This document shows, piece by piece, positions 48,315 to 58,027 of a DNA stretch of 58,245 nucleotides. Both the position numbers and the translations under genes were made by a program. Origin of the DNA: a virus (lineage: Duplodnaviria > Caudoviricetes); the IMG/VR virus record IMGVR_UViG_3300022868_000022, positions 1-58,245 of that record. One strand, 5' to 3'. Under the pieces are notes generated by a model that worked only from the letters and a program-made list of their open reading frames with translations, was not told the origin of the DNA and made no database searches. Every line of letters starts with the position of its first letter. Position 1 is the stretch's first letter.

Positions 48315-48626
48315 TTATATCTCCCACATTTCTTTAGGTATTAACTGTCGCCTTAATCTTATATTTATATGTTCTTGTTCTGTAATTTTTTCACCATTAA
48401 TAAACCATAACATAGAACCATCAGATCCTTTTACTGCTGGGCCATTTGTACGATGTAACTTACCCATAACCCACCATTCTTTTTTACCATAGATATATTC
48501 TATAGCTGGTCCATCTGTACGATGTCGTGCACCTTCTTTATACCATAACATATCACCATTATTATATATTACAGCCGGTCCATCTATACGATGTAATAAA
48601 CCCTTTTCATTTCTATATTCTTTCAT
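48315..48626 (-). CDS. LHRxDGPA-repeat protein with C-terminal LIPKEMWEI motif
   Basis: Three HR.(D/N)GPA repeats. Confidence 0.8.
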   Translation of the reverse strand: MKEYRNEKGLLHRIDGPAVIYNNGDMLWYKEGARHRTDGPAIEYIYGKKEWWVMGKLHRTNGPAVKGSDGSMLWFINGEKITEQEHINIRLRRQLIPKEMWEI

Positions 48627-49195
48627 TTTATAGCTTCCATAAAAAGACTTCCTATACGATGCCTGTCAAACGCGGTAGTTCTTAATTCTTCTAGACTACT
48701 ATTTTTCCATCCACTCTGTACAATATTTTTAAATCCAACATTTTTTAATAAGAATGACATATATTCCATATCAAAACAATTAACATGTCCATTAGTAATA
48801 CTTGGTTGTTTTTTAATAGAATATACCCAATTACAAAATAATCCACCTATAGGTTCTTTAGGATTTCTATATGACATATCAGCCTTATGAAAAAATTCAA
48901 TATCATTTTTTACATAAGCTTCTGATGCTTGCTTTATATCAGGTACTATAATCCTTAATAGACCCTTTGGTTTAAGTACTCTATAAAATTCTGACAATAC
49001 AAAATTTATATCCTTTGGATATATATGTTCTAGCATATGTGACGTGAAGATGATACTTACTGTATCATCTTCAAATGGTAAAGCAGTACATGATATATTA
49101 ACTTTTACATCTGTATTAGGTCCACCAATATCTACTATAGTCCATCCTGGTACTACGGGGTGCCCCTTTCCGGCACCAATATTAAGTTTAATCAT
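48623..49195 (-). CDS. SAM-dependent methyltransferase (type 11-like)
   Basis: KLNIGAG, LPF.D, SHMLEH, RVLKP.G.LRI.VPD. Confidence 0.85.
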   Translation of the reverse strand: MIKLNIGAGKGHPVVPGWTIVDIGGPNTDVKVNISCTALPFEDDTVSIIFTSHMLEHIYPKDINFVLSEFYRVLKPKGLLRIIVPDIKQASEAYVKNDIEFFHKADMSYRNPKEPIGGLFCNWVYSIKKQPSITNGHVNCFDMEYMSFLLKNVGFKNIVQSGWKNSSLEELRTTAFDRHRIGSLFMEAIK

Positions 49196-49459
49196 CTATC
49201 TCCTTTTATATGTATTATAACAGAACTATAATTCAATTCTGTTATATAAATCTTCTATTTTTGTTATTATATTTTTAATATTTTTTTCACAATCTTTAAT
49301 ATTATTAACTATTTCTTTCATTGATAATATCATCGAGCTTTCAAAAAACTCAATTTATGCTAAAATTTGTGAATTATCGTACTTACTATTATCTGATAAA
49401 ATTTGCAGTTCATCCCTTAAATTATAATCTTCTATACAATTTTTCATTTTATCCTCCTT

Positions 49460-49837
49460 TTATTGACCATAATTTTGTAAATTATATTTAACTGAATCAA
49501 CTGCTTGTTGTATTGCACCACCAAATAATGAAGCTAATATATCACCAGACATTTCTTTCATCATTTCTTTCACAGCCTTACTTGCCATAATTTTTCCATT
49601 ATTTCCATATACAACATTAAATTCTGGTGAATTTAAATACTCTTTTATAATAGATTTAAATTTCTTTTGAACTTCAATTTTAATAATATTCGGTAAATCT
49701 GTTGTTATATAATTATCAATGGTTTCTTTAATTACTTTATCCCATTGTTCTGTTGGCACAATATTTATAAGACTTTGCTGTACATTTAATCTAATACGTT
49801 CAGCAATATCAGTTGATTTTATTATTAAATCTGACAT
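49460..49837 (-). CDS. Hypothetical protein
   Basis: 125-aa ORF with RBS. Confidence 0.6.
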   Translation of the reverse strand: MSDLIIKSTDIAERIRLNVQQSLINIVPTEQWDKVIKETIDNYITTDLPNIIKIEVQKKFKSIIKEYLNSPEFNVVYGNNGKIMASKAVKEMMKEMSGDILASLFGGAIQQAVDSVKYNLQNYGQ

Positions 49838-49838
49838 A

Positions 49839-50297
49839 TTATATCCTTTTATATTTTATTATAGTAATATCTTCATCACCTAACACATCATTAATAATTT
49901 GTAAAATTTTGTTCCAATCACCACCAGCTAAACCAGCACCTATAAGTGGTAGACCAAATCGTTTCCCTTTAAAATTATCTTTAATCCATTTCATACACTG
50001 TTCTATTGCATCATAATCAGCCATTTTACCATACCCATAATTAAATTGAGTATATGCATTAACTACAATAAAATTAAATCCATTTCTTTCTATATTTGCA
50101 AATGAGCAAGTACCTAATTTATCTTTAGATCCTTTTATTGTTTTTCTATCAGCATTAAATGCTTCTATAAATTCATTTTTAATTGTTTTTGCTATCCCAC
50201 CACCCATAGTACAAAAACAATTACAACCGTGAATTATTACATCAAATTCACCATTTTTTGCCTTTTCAATTAGATCCCCATAAATAGTATTAATCAT
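49839..50297 (-). CDS. Macrodomain (ADP-ribose hydrolase) protein
   Basis: GDL, HGCNC...MGGGIA, NAYTQ, P.IGAGLAGGDW. Confidence 0.9.
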   Translation of the reverse strand: MINTIYGDLIEKAKNGEFDVIIHGCNCFCTMGGGIAKTIKNEFIEAFNADRKTIKGSKDKLGTCSFANIERNGFNFIVVNAYTQFNYGYGKMADYDAIEQCMKWIKDNFKGKRFGLPLIGAGLAGGDWNKILQIINDVLGDEDITIIKYKRI

Positions 50298-50298
50298 T

Positions 50299-51114
50299 TT
50301 AAAATGATTCCATATTATTTTTAACATCATCTTTAACTTTTTGATGTATTTTTTCTAAAAAAATAACATACTTAGCTGTTAAATCTTTAAGATTATCATA
50401 ATTAAGATATATTAATGTAAATCTTTCATCGTTATTTATTAATATTACAGAAGTTTTATTATTACCCCATTTATAAATATGATAAGTCTGACTAATGTTT
50501 TTTCCAAACATATTATATACAGGTTCTAATATTAGAACGCCTTCACCATATTTTTTATTAAATTTATTTTTAACAAGATTAAGATTTTTATTACAACCAA
50601 AAATATGTATAAACAATAATTTTTTTGTTTTTTGTGAAAAATGAAAACTACCACCACTAAAAAGAGTAGTGTTAGTGTTAAAAATCATATAATCTTGTCT
50701 TAATATTGGATTTCCACTATATGGATATAATTTTAAATGTCCTGAATCAAAACCAACAAATCTATCATCTATACTAGTTGTGCCTGGAAAATAAAATCCA
50801 TTAGTAGATTCTATATAATACTTATCATAATAACGAACATGGCCATTCATTTTATATAAATCCTGACTTTCTATTCTTATATCATAATTTTTTTTCAATA
50901 ATATTTTTTTAATATCATTATATGACATATCCCATGATGTATTTGAAAATGTAATGATATCATCACAAGTTTTTTTAAATACAATATCCGATTCTAATGA
51001 TCTTGAACCTGTCATTTTATTCAATTTTTTTAAACTATCTTTAAGATTAAAAGCACTGGCTGAAATTGCACATAAAAAAATAACACAAATTATTGCCAAA
51101 CAAATTTTTTTCAT
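50299..51114 (-). CDS. Exported protein with signal peptide
   Basis: MKKICLAIICVIFLCAISASA after AGGAG. Confidence 0.65.
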   Translation of the reverse strand: MKKICLAIICVIFLCAISASAFNLKDSLKKLNKMTGSRSLESDIVFKKTCDDIITFSNTSWDMSYNDIKKILLKKNYDIRIESQDLYKMNGHVRYYDKYYIESTNGFYFPGTTSIDDRFVGFDSGHLKLYPYSGNPILRQDYMIFNTNTTLFSGGSFHFSQKTKKLLFIHIFGCNKNLNLVKNKFNKKYGEGVLILEPVYNMFGKNISQTYHIYKWGNNKTSVILINNDERFTLIYLNYDNLKDLTAKYVIFLEKIHQKVKDDVKNNMESF

Positions 51115-51125
51115 AATAACTCCTT

Positions 51126-51335
51126 TTATGTTCTTGTTAAAATATCCTGAGCAATAAGAACAGGACAATTAATGTCATGTATAAAATCATCAGGATTACC
51201 AAAATATTCTTCCAATTTACTATTACAAAATTCACAATACCAATATGAATCAAGATCTTTATCCACATATCTTAAAGGATTTTCTGTTACAGCTTTTGCT
51301 ACAATCAACACATCTTCTTTATTAAATTCACACAT
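51126..51335 (-). CDS. Small Zn-binding hypothetical protein
   Basis: CEFC...H...CPV. Confidence 0.6.
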   Translation of the reverse strand: MCEFNKEDVLIVAKAVTENPLRYVDKDLDSYWYCEFCNSKLEEYFGNPDDFIHDINCPVLIAQDILTRT

Positions 51336-51467
51336 TATTTAATTTTCCTCTATTTTATATTGAAATAGCTATAAAATCACCATCCTTACAATAATGAATA
51401 TCATGTTAAGATAGTTATCATTTGAGTGTTATTATGAGCCCTTTAAATGTCTTTATGGCATGTTTAA

Positions 51468-51704
51468 TTACTTATCTTTATCAACCAGCCAATAATTCCA
51501 TATTCCTTTTGCCCAACAGTAAGTGTACCAAAGAATAAGAAACATAATGCCCCATTGGTCATGTTTAAACGCTGTATAAACCCATGCAGGCTCAGATATT
51601 AACCCAAAAACAAAACCCCATCTGCTCCATTTTTCTTTGCGTGATAAAAACCATATTGAAATACATCCAAATATTATAATCCAAAACTGACAAAATGTTT
51701 CCAT
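51468..51704 (-). CDS. Small 3-TM membrane protein (PnuC/SemiSWEET half-like)
   Basis: WGFVFGL...W...GIWNW pattern. Confidence 0.55.
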   Translation of the reverse strand: METFCQFWIIIFGCISIWFLSRKEKWSRWGFVFGLISEPAWVYTAFKHDQWGIMFLILWYTYCWAKGIWNYWLVDKDK

Positions 51705-51733
51705 TTATTTCTCCTTAAAACATCTTTCTTTAT

Positions 51734-51988
51734 CTACGCATTTGTTTCAACATCAAAGCAAAGTTTCATAAACTTTGTTGCTGCTTCATTTCCTATTCTA
51801 TGTGCATCTTCAAATGACAATGAAGATGTTGCTTTATCCATACCTATTGCATCAAAACACATCATAGCTATATTACAATGCCATGAATGAGCATAAGAAC
51901 CTTGGACTGATGGTTCATCTTGTTCCATTGCTAATTTTAATGTTTTGAATGCTTTAGCAATACTTTCTTCTGATATTATTTTATTCAT
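51734..51988 (-). CDS. Hypothetical protein
   Basis: YAHSWHCNIAM...D; AGGAGG RBS. Confidence 0.65.
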   Translation of the reverse strand: MNKIISEESIAKAFKTLKLAMEQDEPSVQGSYAHSWHCNIAMMCFDAIGMDKATSSLSFEDAHRIGNEAATKFMKLCFDVETNA

Positions 51989-52155
51989 AGTACCTCCTTT
52001 AATGATTCAGATTTAACCATTTCTATTATAGAATTTTGAACCATATTCTTATAAAATAATTTATAACTTACTGTTTTTGCGATCCAATAACCCCCGTAAA
52101 TAAAAAAACCTAAAAATATAATCATTCCCAAATATATACAAATTTTTTTCATTTT

Positions 52156-53055
52156 TTATAACCTTTCTATTAATATTGATCTTACAATTTTTGGTGATAC
52201 TTCTGTACCATTAACAGGTTGATTAAATATACCTGACGCAAATTCTATAGCATGATCTTGCTTAATGTTATCATAAACACCTCTACTAAATTTACCTGAT
52301 GGAAAAACCTTTATTGGCTTATATCCATGCTCTTTAAATTTATCAGGTACAGCAACAGCCGCACTTGCAACATACTTTATTTTAAATCCTCTGTCAAGTA
52401 AATTATGTAATTGTTTTTTAAAATCTCTTTCTTTGTTATAGAATACTGGATGTACTTCTATCAGTATCTTACAAGGAAAATTATTATCAAACAAATCCAT
52501 GGCACCATCTAATATTTCTACTTCAGCTCCTTCTGTATCTGACTTAATAAAAAGTTTTTCAAATGGTTTATCTTTCATAAATTCAGTTAGCGTAGTACAT
52601 GGTACTGTTATACTACCAGATGTATGTTTAGTGGGTACTGTTGAATTAAGATTTGTAGCATCTGCTGTATAAAATGTTAAATCTCCTACAATATTACCCA
52701 TAGCAGTTTGATAAGAACTAACTATATCATCAAATTTATTAGCTTTTACTGACATATTTAATAATTCTATATTTCTTGGATCGGGTTCTATAGCATAAAC
52801 TTTACCACGTCCATTATGTTTCTTGATCATTCCTGCTGTAATAAATGTATTAATACCAACATTAGCACCAATATCAACAAATGTTGCATCTGTATCAGTT
52901 TCTTTTCTTTGTAAGAAAGCAAATTCAGGCTCTCTAATATCCATATTTCCGGTAGGCATATTTCTTAATGTACTATGGATACCTGCACCATTTTTTAACA
53001 AATACATTACATGCCCATTTACTACATTGGTTACTACATTGCTTTTATCTATCAT
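52156..53055 (-). CDS. FkbM-family methyltransferase
   Basis: FVDIGANVG, VYAIEPDP.N, IKSDTEGAE..IL.GA, IEVHP. Confidence 0.88.
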   Translation of the reverse strand: MIDKSNVVTNVVNGHVMYLLKNGAGIHSTLRNMPTGNMDIREPEFAFLQRKETDTDATFVDIGANVGINTFITAGMIKKHNGRGKVYAIEPDPRNIELLNMSVKANKFDDIVSSYQTAMGNIVGDLTFYTADATNLNSTVPTKHTSGSITVPCTTLTEFMKDKPFEKLFIKSDTEGAEVEILDGAMDLFDNNFPCKILIEVHPVFYNKERDFKKQLHNLLDRGFKIKYVASAAVAVPDKFKEHGYKPIKVFPSGKFSRGVYDNIKQDHAIEFASGIFNQPVNGTEVSPKIVRSILIERL

Positions 53056-53088
53056 AAGTCTCCTGTGCAATTTTATTTATTTTATTAC

Positions 53089-53406
53089 CTATACCTTTTC
53101 AAGTCTTTTCATACATTCTTTACAATCTATATTAACAGCTTTATCATCTATCCATAAGTCATAATATGGTTTATATAGTACCAAATCATGATACTTTACA
53201 CCCCATTCTTTAAATTGATTTAAAGTTTTTTCTTTCCAATCTATTTTAGTTACAGTACCCCTAGCAGTATAATAGATTATAATATGACCTTCATCATATA
53301 AATCATTAATCTTTTTTATATTATTAGGTTTAGGATCTGAATTATAATGTTTACCTTCTCTATCTTCAAAACATATAGTGTTATCAATATCACAATATAT
53401 TATCAT
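53089..53406 (-). CDS. Small HAD phosphatase (capsule-biosynthesis EcbF-like)
   Basis: DIDNTIC, YTARG, KP..DLWIDDKA. Confidence 0.85.
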   Translation of the reverse strand: MIIYCDIDNTICFEDREGKHYNSDPKPNNIKKINDLYDEGHIIIYYTARGTVTKIDWKEKTLNQFKEWGVKYHDLVLYKPYYDLWIDDKAVNIDCKECMKRLEKV

Positions 53407-53639
53407 ATTATTCCTTGTTTTATTTCATTTATTATACTCATAAAATATGGAGCACATTTTTCTCCATAAGTTTTAGCATTTTCTTTTAACAAATGGCATG
53501 CTTCTGATATAAATTGTTCTGGATTATCTCTATATCTTTGGTCCCATTCAGTAAATGCTTTTTCTAATTCTGTTATAGATATTAAACAATTTTTTCGTTC
53601 TGTTATTTTTATTGGTGGTGTATGATTATTTGTTGTCAT
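53403..53639 (-). CDS. Hypothetical protein
   Basis: ORF in operon. Confidence 0.55.
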   Translation of the reverse strand: MTTNNHTPPIKITERKNCLISITELEKAFTEWDQRYRDNPEQFISEACHLLKENAKTYGEKCAPYFMSIINEIKQGII

Positions 53640-53811
53640 TTTTATTCCTTTTCCTTTTCAAGAACTTCTTTCCAATGTTTTATCATTACTTCTTTACAAA
53701 GTTTTTCATGTTTTAACAATGATTTACCAGTTTTATTACAATCATCATCAAGTTTTGCTACTACAATTTTCCATTGATTTCGACTTAAAAATCTTCTTGC
53801 CATTTTAGGTT

Positions 53812-54114
53812 TCATTTATTTTTCTCCTCTATAAAATCATCAGGACGGTTTCCATCAGGATCGTTAATATTTAGCCCTACAGGATAATAACAAGTACTAT
53901 AAATCATAATTTCTCTACCATCCTCTAAATCAATCCTTGCCGGTATTTTACCATGTCCACAACAACTTGCTACTGTTATAATATTTGCAGCATTTAAAGC
54001 AGCCACAATATCAGCAATACAAAAATCAATCCCTTGTATTCTACCTTTAATTGGCATAGGTATTTGACACTCGTATGTTCCCATACCACAACATTTATCA
54101 GGTTTTTTCATCAT
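53812..54114 (-). CDS. SCCGH-motif protein (TYW3-like N-terminal motif)
   Basis: ID.CIA..V.ALN...I.T.ASCCGHG. Confidence 0.5.
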   Translation of the reverse strand: MMKKPDKCCGMGTYECQIPMPIKGRIQGIDFCIADIVAALNAANIITVASCCGHGKIPARIDLEDGREIMIYSTCYYPVGLNINDPDGNRPDDFIEEKNK

Positions 54115-54497
54115 CTTACTCCGCCTGTCCATTTCTTATCTGATACTATCTCAGCTTTAATTACTTTTAAATTCACATAAATAGTATTTTCAAGTGTTCT
54201 TATAATTCTATGAGTTTCTTCTTCAACATTATCTATAGTAACATCAAATCTATTTGATGCCATATTTGTTAATCTACCAAGTAACAATTCGCATACTTCA
54301 TGAAAAGCTGACTTCTTTATATTTTTATCATTTGCATTTTCTTCCCATTCCGTATTCAGTATTATAACTGCTATACCATCAACACAATTATATCTTATTT
54401 CAGCTCTTGCATCATTAAGTAATTCATGTTCATAATGTATTTGCCAACACTTTAAACCAAAATAATCAATCCATTTTATACATTCTGTTTTAAACAT
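54111..54497 (-). CDS. Zincin-like hypothetical protein
   Basis: AFHEVCELLL ... EE. Confidence 0.5.
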   Translation of the reverse strand: MFKTECIKWIDYFGLKCWQIHYEHELLNDARAEIRYNCVDGIAVIILNTEWEENANDKNIKKSAFHEVCELLLGRLTNMASNRFDVTIDNVEEETHRIIRTLENTIYVNLKVIKAEIVSDKKWTGGVR

Positions 54498-54525
54498 CTC
54501 AAATTGTTTTGTTGTTGTTTTAATA

Positions 54526-55560
54526 TCACATCTCCTTAAAAGCTTTTTTATATATTAATGGTAAAATATCTTTGTTGTCCATCTTAGCAAATAAATATGA
54601 TGCTATATCAGGATGGTATTTTTTAACCCACACAGCATATTCTTTTCTTGAAGTCTTTGGTGCTGTGTTATAACAGATATTAACATGTTCTGTAATATTT
54701 GTTATGGTATTTGTTATGGTATCAACCCAACCATCGAATTCACCATAAAATTCATCTGGTATAGATTCTTTTGCTTTATTAATTATACCAGACTTATGAC
54801 ATTCTAAGGCATATTTAAAAGATAATCCACTGATTAATTTATGTATTTTTTTATATTCATCACCTTTAAATTTAAATCTTTTGCCATTTTTAAATTCAAC
54901 AACCCATCCTTCTTGATTTGCTGGTAATATTTTTGATGCACCTATAATATCATCTACAGTATCAAATGTATACCTTTTTGGTAATCTAAATTTATATAAA
55001 TTAGCAATATCATATAATATGTTATAAGGTATATAAGATGCGGTGAATCTATCTCTAATACCAAGTAATGCTAAACCAGACCATTTGTTGTAATCTATAA
55101 CAATCCTATTATCAGGATAAATTATTTCAAATAACATGGTCCAATTATATGGTATATCTTTTATATTATGATGTTTATTTAAGTGCTCAGTAGCCCATAA
55201 TGCTTGATCACTATCAAATGAACCTCTTGTTGATATCATCATTTTATCTTTTAATCTATAATGGATACCCAAACTACCATCCATTTTTTCAGTGACATTT
55301 TTTATTTTAGATGTTGTTGTTTTATTATTTTCACCCCAATTAAAAAATTTATCAAAAGGTCTGGCTATAATCTCTGCAGTATTTTTATTTATTATCAAAC
55401 CACGACATGCAATTTCTAAATTAGTCCACATATTATCATATTGAACTTTTGGTCTGTAATTAAATAACAATAAATCATCCTTTTGGCGTATATATACTGT
55501 GTCTGGAAATTCTATATCATGTAATACATGATATTGTATGTTATCTATAGTGTTTTTCAT
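54526..55560 (-). CDS. rnlA: RNA ligase 1 (T4 RnlA family)
   Basis: CRGLI, RPFDKFFN.GE, EKMDGSL, TRGSF.S.QA, FEII...NRIV, EGWVV, K.K...Y. Confidence 0.9.
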   Translation of the reverse strand: MKNTIDNIQYHVLHDIEFPDTVYIRQKDDLLLFNYRPKVQYDNMWTNLEIACRGLIINKNTAEIIARPFDKFFNWGENNKTTTSKIKNVTEKMDGSLGIHYRLKDKMMISTRGSFDSDQALWATEHLNKHHNIKDIPYNWTMLFEIIYPDNRIVIDYNKWSGLALLGIRDRFTASYIPYNILYDIANLYKFRLPKRYTFDTVDDIIGASKILPANQEGWVVEFKNGKRFKFKGDEYKKIHKLISGLSFKYALECHKSGIINKAKESIPDEFYGEFDGWVDTITNTITNITEHVNICYNTAPKTSRKEYAVWVKKYHPDIASYLFAKMDNKDILPLIYKKAFKEM

Positions 55561-55921
55561 AAATTTTTATTGCCATATCAGCCATTTCTTGTAATTCATT
55601 TTTAGAAACATCTTTATTATTCATAAAATTGACCATACTATCAACCACATTATGATATAATATATCATTGTTATATTTTTCTTCTGATGGTATTGTATCA
55701 TTATTTTCATACAAGTCATCTGTATAAAGTCCTAAGTCACCGCCCTGTCCTTGAATTACAGTATTAACAAAATCAACTAACAAAGCATCTATTGTTTCCT
55801 GATATAATTCACCACCATTATAACAATTCATATGGCTATTTCTGGTAATAGACTCTAATGCTTTAAGATGATAATGCTTTACTTCATTTACTAATAAATT
55901 TATTAATTTATCGTTTATCAT
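55541..55921 (-). CDS. Hypothetical protein
   Basis: ORF in operon. Confidence 0.6.
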   Translation of the reverse strand: MINDKLINLLVNEVKHYHLKALESITRNSHMNCYNGGELYQETIDALLVDFVNTVIQGQGGDLGLYTDDLYENNDTIPSEEKYNNDILYHNVVDSMVNFMNNKDVSKNELQEMADMAIKIYEKHYR

Positions 55922-56169
55922 AATACTTCCTTATATTTTTTTAATATCGGTGGTGTTGGGAATTTATATTTCTTAAAATGAGCTTCTTCGGTTTCTGATT
56001 TATATAAAAATTGGCCATCTGCTTTAAACATTAAGCCATTAGCGGCTTTAAAAACACGAACAAAACAATATTCAGGATCACATTTAAAGCCACATGATAT
56101 TCTTCCATATCTATAGCCGTAAAACCAATATGTGCCTTCTTTTGTAGGCCATTCTTTTGACCATTCCAT
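55918..56169 (-). CDS. Hypothetical protein
   Basis: WSKEWPT.EG.YW start; AGGAG RBS. Confidence 0.6.
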   Translation of the reverse strand: MEWSKEWPTKEGTYWFYGYRYGRISCGFKCDPEYCFVRVFKAANGLMFKADGQFLYKSETEEAHFKKYKFPTPPILKKYKEVL

Positions 56170-56206
56170 AATACTCCTTTCTTATTATTTTAACATATTA
56201 TACCAA

Positions 56207-56545
56207 TTATTTATCATATACCCCAGATTTATTACTAAATAAATAATCATACAATTGTTCTACAGTATCTAATCGTACTTTTGAATCATCTTTCAAAATA
56301 ATATAACAACAATCTTCACATTTACCAGCATCAGGAGCATCATATAACCACCAACTTATTGTTTCATATTCATCTTCCATTTCAGATTCCAATACATCAA
56401 TTATACCATTTGTTAAATCACTTGTTATAAGCGGTACTAACCAACCATCAAAAAATGGTTCTAAAGCGTTACAAAAATTATGTTCTTTTTTATTTTGTTC
56501 TATAATACCACATATCATTTTCACAAAATTTTCTTTTTTCATCAC
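56207..56545 (-). CDS. Hypothetical protein
   Basis: ISWWLY...T.EQLYDYL. Confidence 0.6.
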   Translation of the reverse strand: MMKKENFVKMICGIIEQNKKEHNFCNALEPFFDGWLVPLITSDLTNGIIDVLESEMEDEYETISWWLYDAPDAGKCEDCCYIILKDDSKVRLDTVEQLYDYLFSNKSGVYDK

Positions 56546-56675
56546 ATACTCCTTTATAATTCATCACTTCATTTATAATATCCTTTATTAAACAATAAGC
56601 TTACACCGCCTTATCTAATTTGGACCACCCAAATCCACAGGTCTTTTTTCATTAACCCCTCAACTTATTGTTTGA

Positions 56676-56796
56676 TGATAAAGACAGGACTCGAACCTGT
56701 ATGGTACGTTTCTGTGTGACTCCAGGACATACTTAATCAAAATACCCCTGAAAAGTGTACCTTACATATTAGCGTCTACCATTTCGCCACTCTATC
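56676..56796 (-). ncRNA. Atypical tRNA-like RNA (121 nt), no assignable anticodon, CCA not encoded
   Basis: Acceptor GATAGAG/CTTTATC+A; D-arm GCG-AAATGGTAGA-CGC; T-arm ACAGG-TTCGAGT-CCTGT; ~70 nt between D and T arms. Confidence 0.8.
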
Positions 56797-57046
56797 ATAC
56801 ACTACATTCTTTAATTTGTAATTTAAAATCTGCTTTATTAGGAATGATTTCAAAATTTAATTGTTCAATCATTCCTAATAATAATTCTTTTGTTGTTATT
56901 TCTTTATAATTTCCTTGTAAAAGAATAGATTGATTTGATTTAAGTTTACCTGTTTTATTTTCTAAATCTTGCATTCTTTGATAAAGTCTGTGTAATTCAT
57001 CTCTTTGATTATCTTGTATTTCTTTTAATAATTTTTTGCTTATCAT
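56795..57046 (-). CDS. Hypothetical protein
   Basis: Ends IKECSV, like Rnl2. Confidence 0.6.
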   Translation of the reverse strand: MISKKLLKEIQDNQRDELHRLYQRMQDLENKTGKLKSNQSILLQGNYKEITTKELLLGMIEQLNFEIIPNKADFKLQIKECSV

Positions 57047-57086
57047 ATTATACCTTTTATAACTACATATTTATTAATTCTCTTTA

Positions 57087-58004
57087 TCATACACTACATT
57101 CTTTTATAACAGTCTTTTGTACTTGTTTGTTAATGTATTTAGAATAATGTTTTTCCCATACAATATCATCTTTTGCTGAATCTTTCTTAACATCTAATAC
57201 AATCTCCCTCATAACATCACCTATAAGTTTTTTTGTATATCCAGGAAATTTACTCATAGCTGACTGAATACGATTTTCATTAATATATGGATCTATATCA
57301 CTATAATCATATTCAATTCTTGGTTTTTTGTTCTTTGGTTTTCTTACCATCTCATCAAAATTTTGATGTTTTATTTTGAAAATGTATCGTGAAAGACCTG
57401 TTAATTTAGGTCTTGATAAACATCTAACAACATATCCCTCAATTATGTTACCCTCAATAGGATTAATAAATGAAACTATTTTAGTCTGATCACCTTCAAG
57501 ACTTGCTGTTAAAGTCTCTACAAGTTTATTAAATGTAGTTTTTACAATACTATGTACTGGAGCATATTGAAATGGTTTAAATTCACTAGCAATATCAATG
57601 GTATAATACTGAAATGTATGATATTTACCTTCATTGTCTTTAAAATCAAAGATATAAAAAGCTTTATCACCATAATCTACACCTTTTTGTATACCCTGAC
57701 CGGCAATCTCACCATAAGCAAAGTCAATATCAGTATTAAGATCAAAAAATGACTTCCAATCATACCCGTCCATAACTTCTTTATATTTTGTAGGTAAAAG
57801 ATGGCCATTTCGTGTAAAGTATCTTGGTCCATCTTTGTATTTATTGCTTATACAAATTGAAGAACCATGAATTTTTTCAGAAATATGAAATTCTTCAACA
57901 TCATTTGCTAAATCAATATCATCAGTATATTTATCTACAATTTTTGGTATATATTTATAATTTTCAATTTCAGAAAATCTAACAAATTTTTTATCTTCAG
58001 ACAT
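57087..58004 (-). CDS. rnl2: RNA ligase 2 (Rnl2 family)
   Basis: F.EIEN, SEKIHGS, YGEIAG.GIQKGVDYG, FDF, EGYVVR, K.K...F.E, Y.NENR..S..SK. Confidence 0.88.
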   Translation of the reverse strand: MSEDKKFVRFSEIENYKYIPKIVDKYTDDIDLANDVEEFHISEKIHGSSICISNKYKDGPRYFTRNGHLLPTKYKEVMDGYDWKSFFDLNTDIDFAYGEIAGQGIQKGVDYGDKAFYIFDFKDNEGKYHTFQYYTIDIASEFKPFQYAPVHSIVKTTFNKLVETLTASLEGDQTKIVSFINPIEGNIIEGYVVRCLSRPKLTGLSRYIFKIKHQNFDEMVRKPKNKKPRIEYDYSDIDPYINENRIQSAMSKFPGYTKKLIGDVMREIVLDVKKDSAKDDIVWEKHYSKYINKQVQKTVIKECSV

Positions 58005-58027
58005 AATATCTCCTTATTGTTTAATAT

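Noticed and set aside
56676-56796. Standard tRNA-Ile(GAT) or tRNA-Leu
   Set aside because: Candidate loop TTGATTA sits on an over-long arm with a pyrimidine at position 37; spacing incompatible with a canonical cloverleaf
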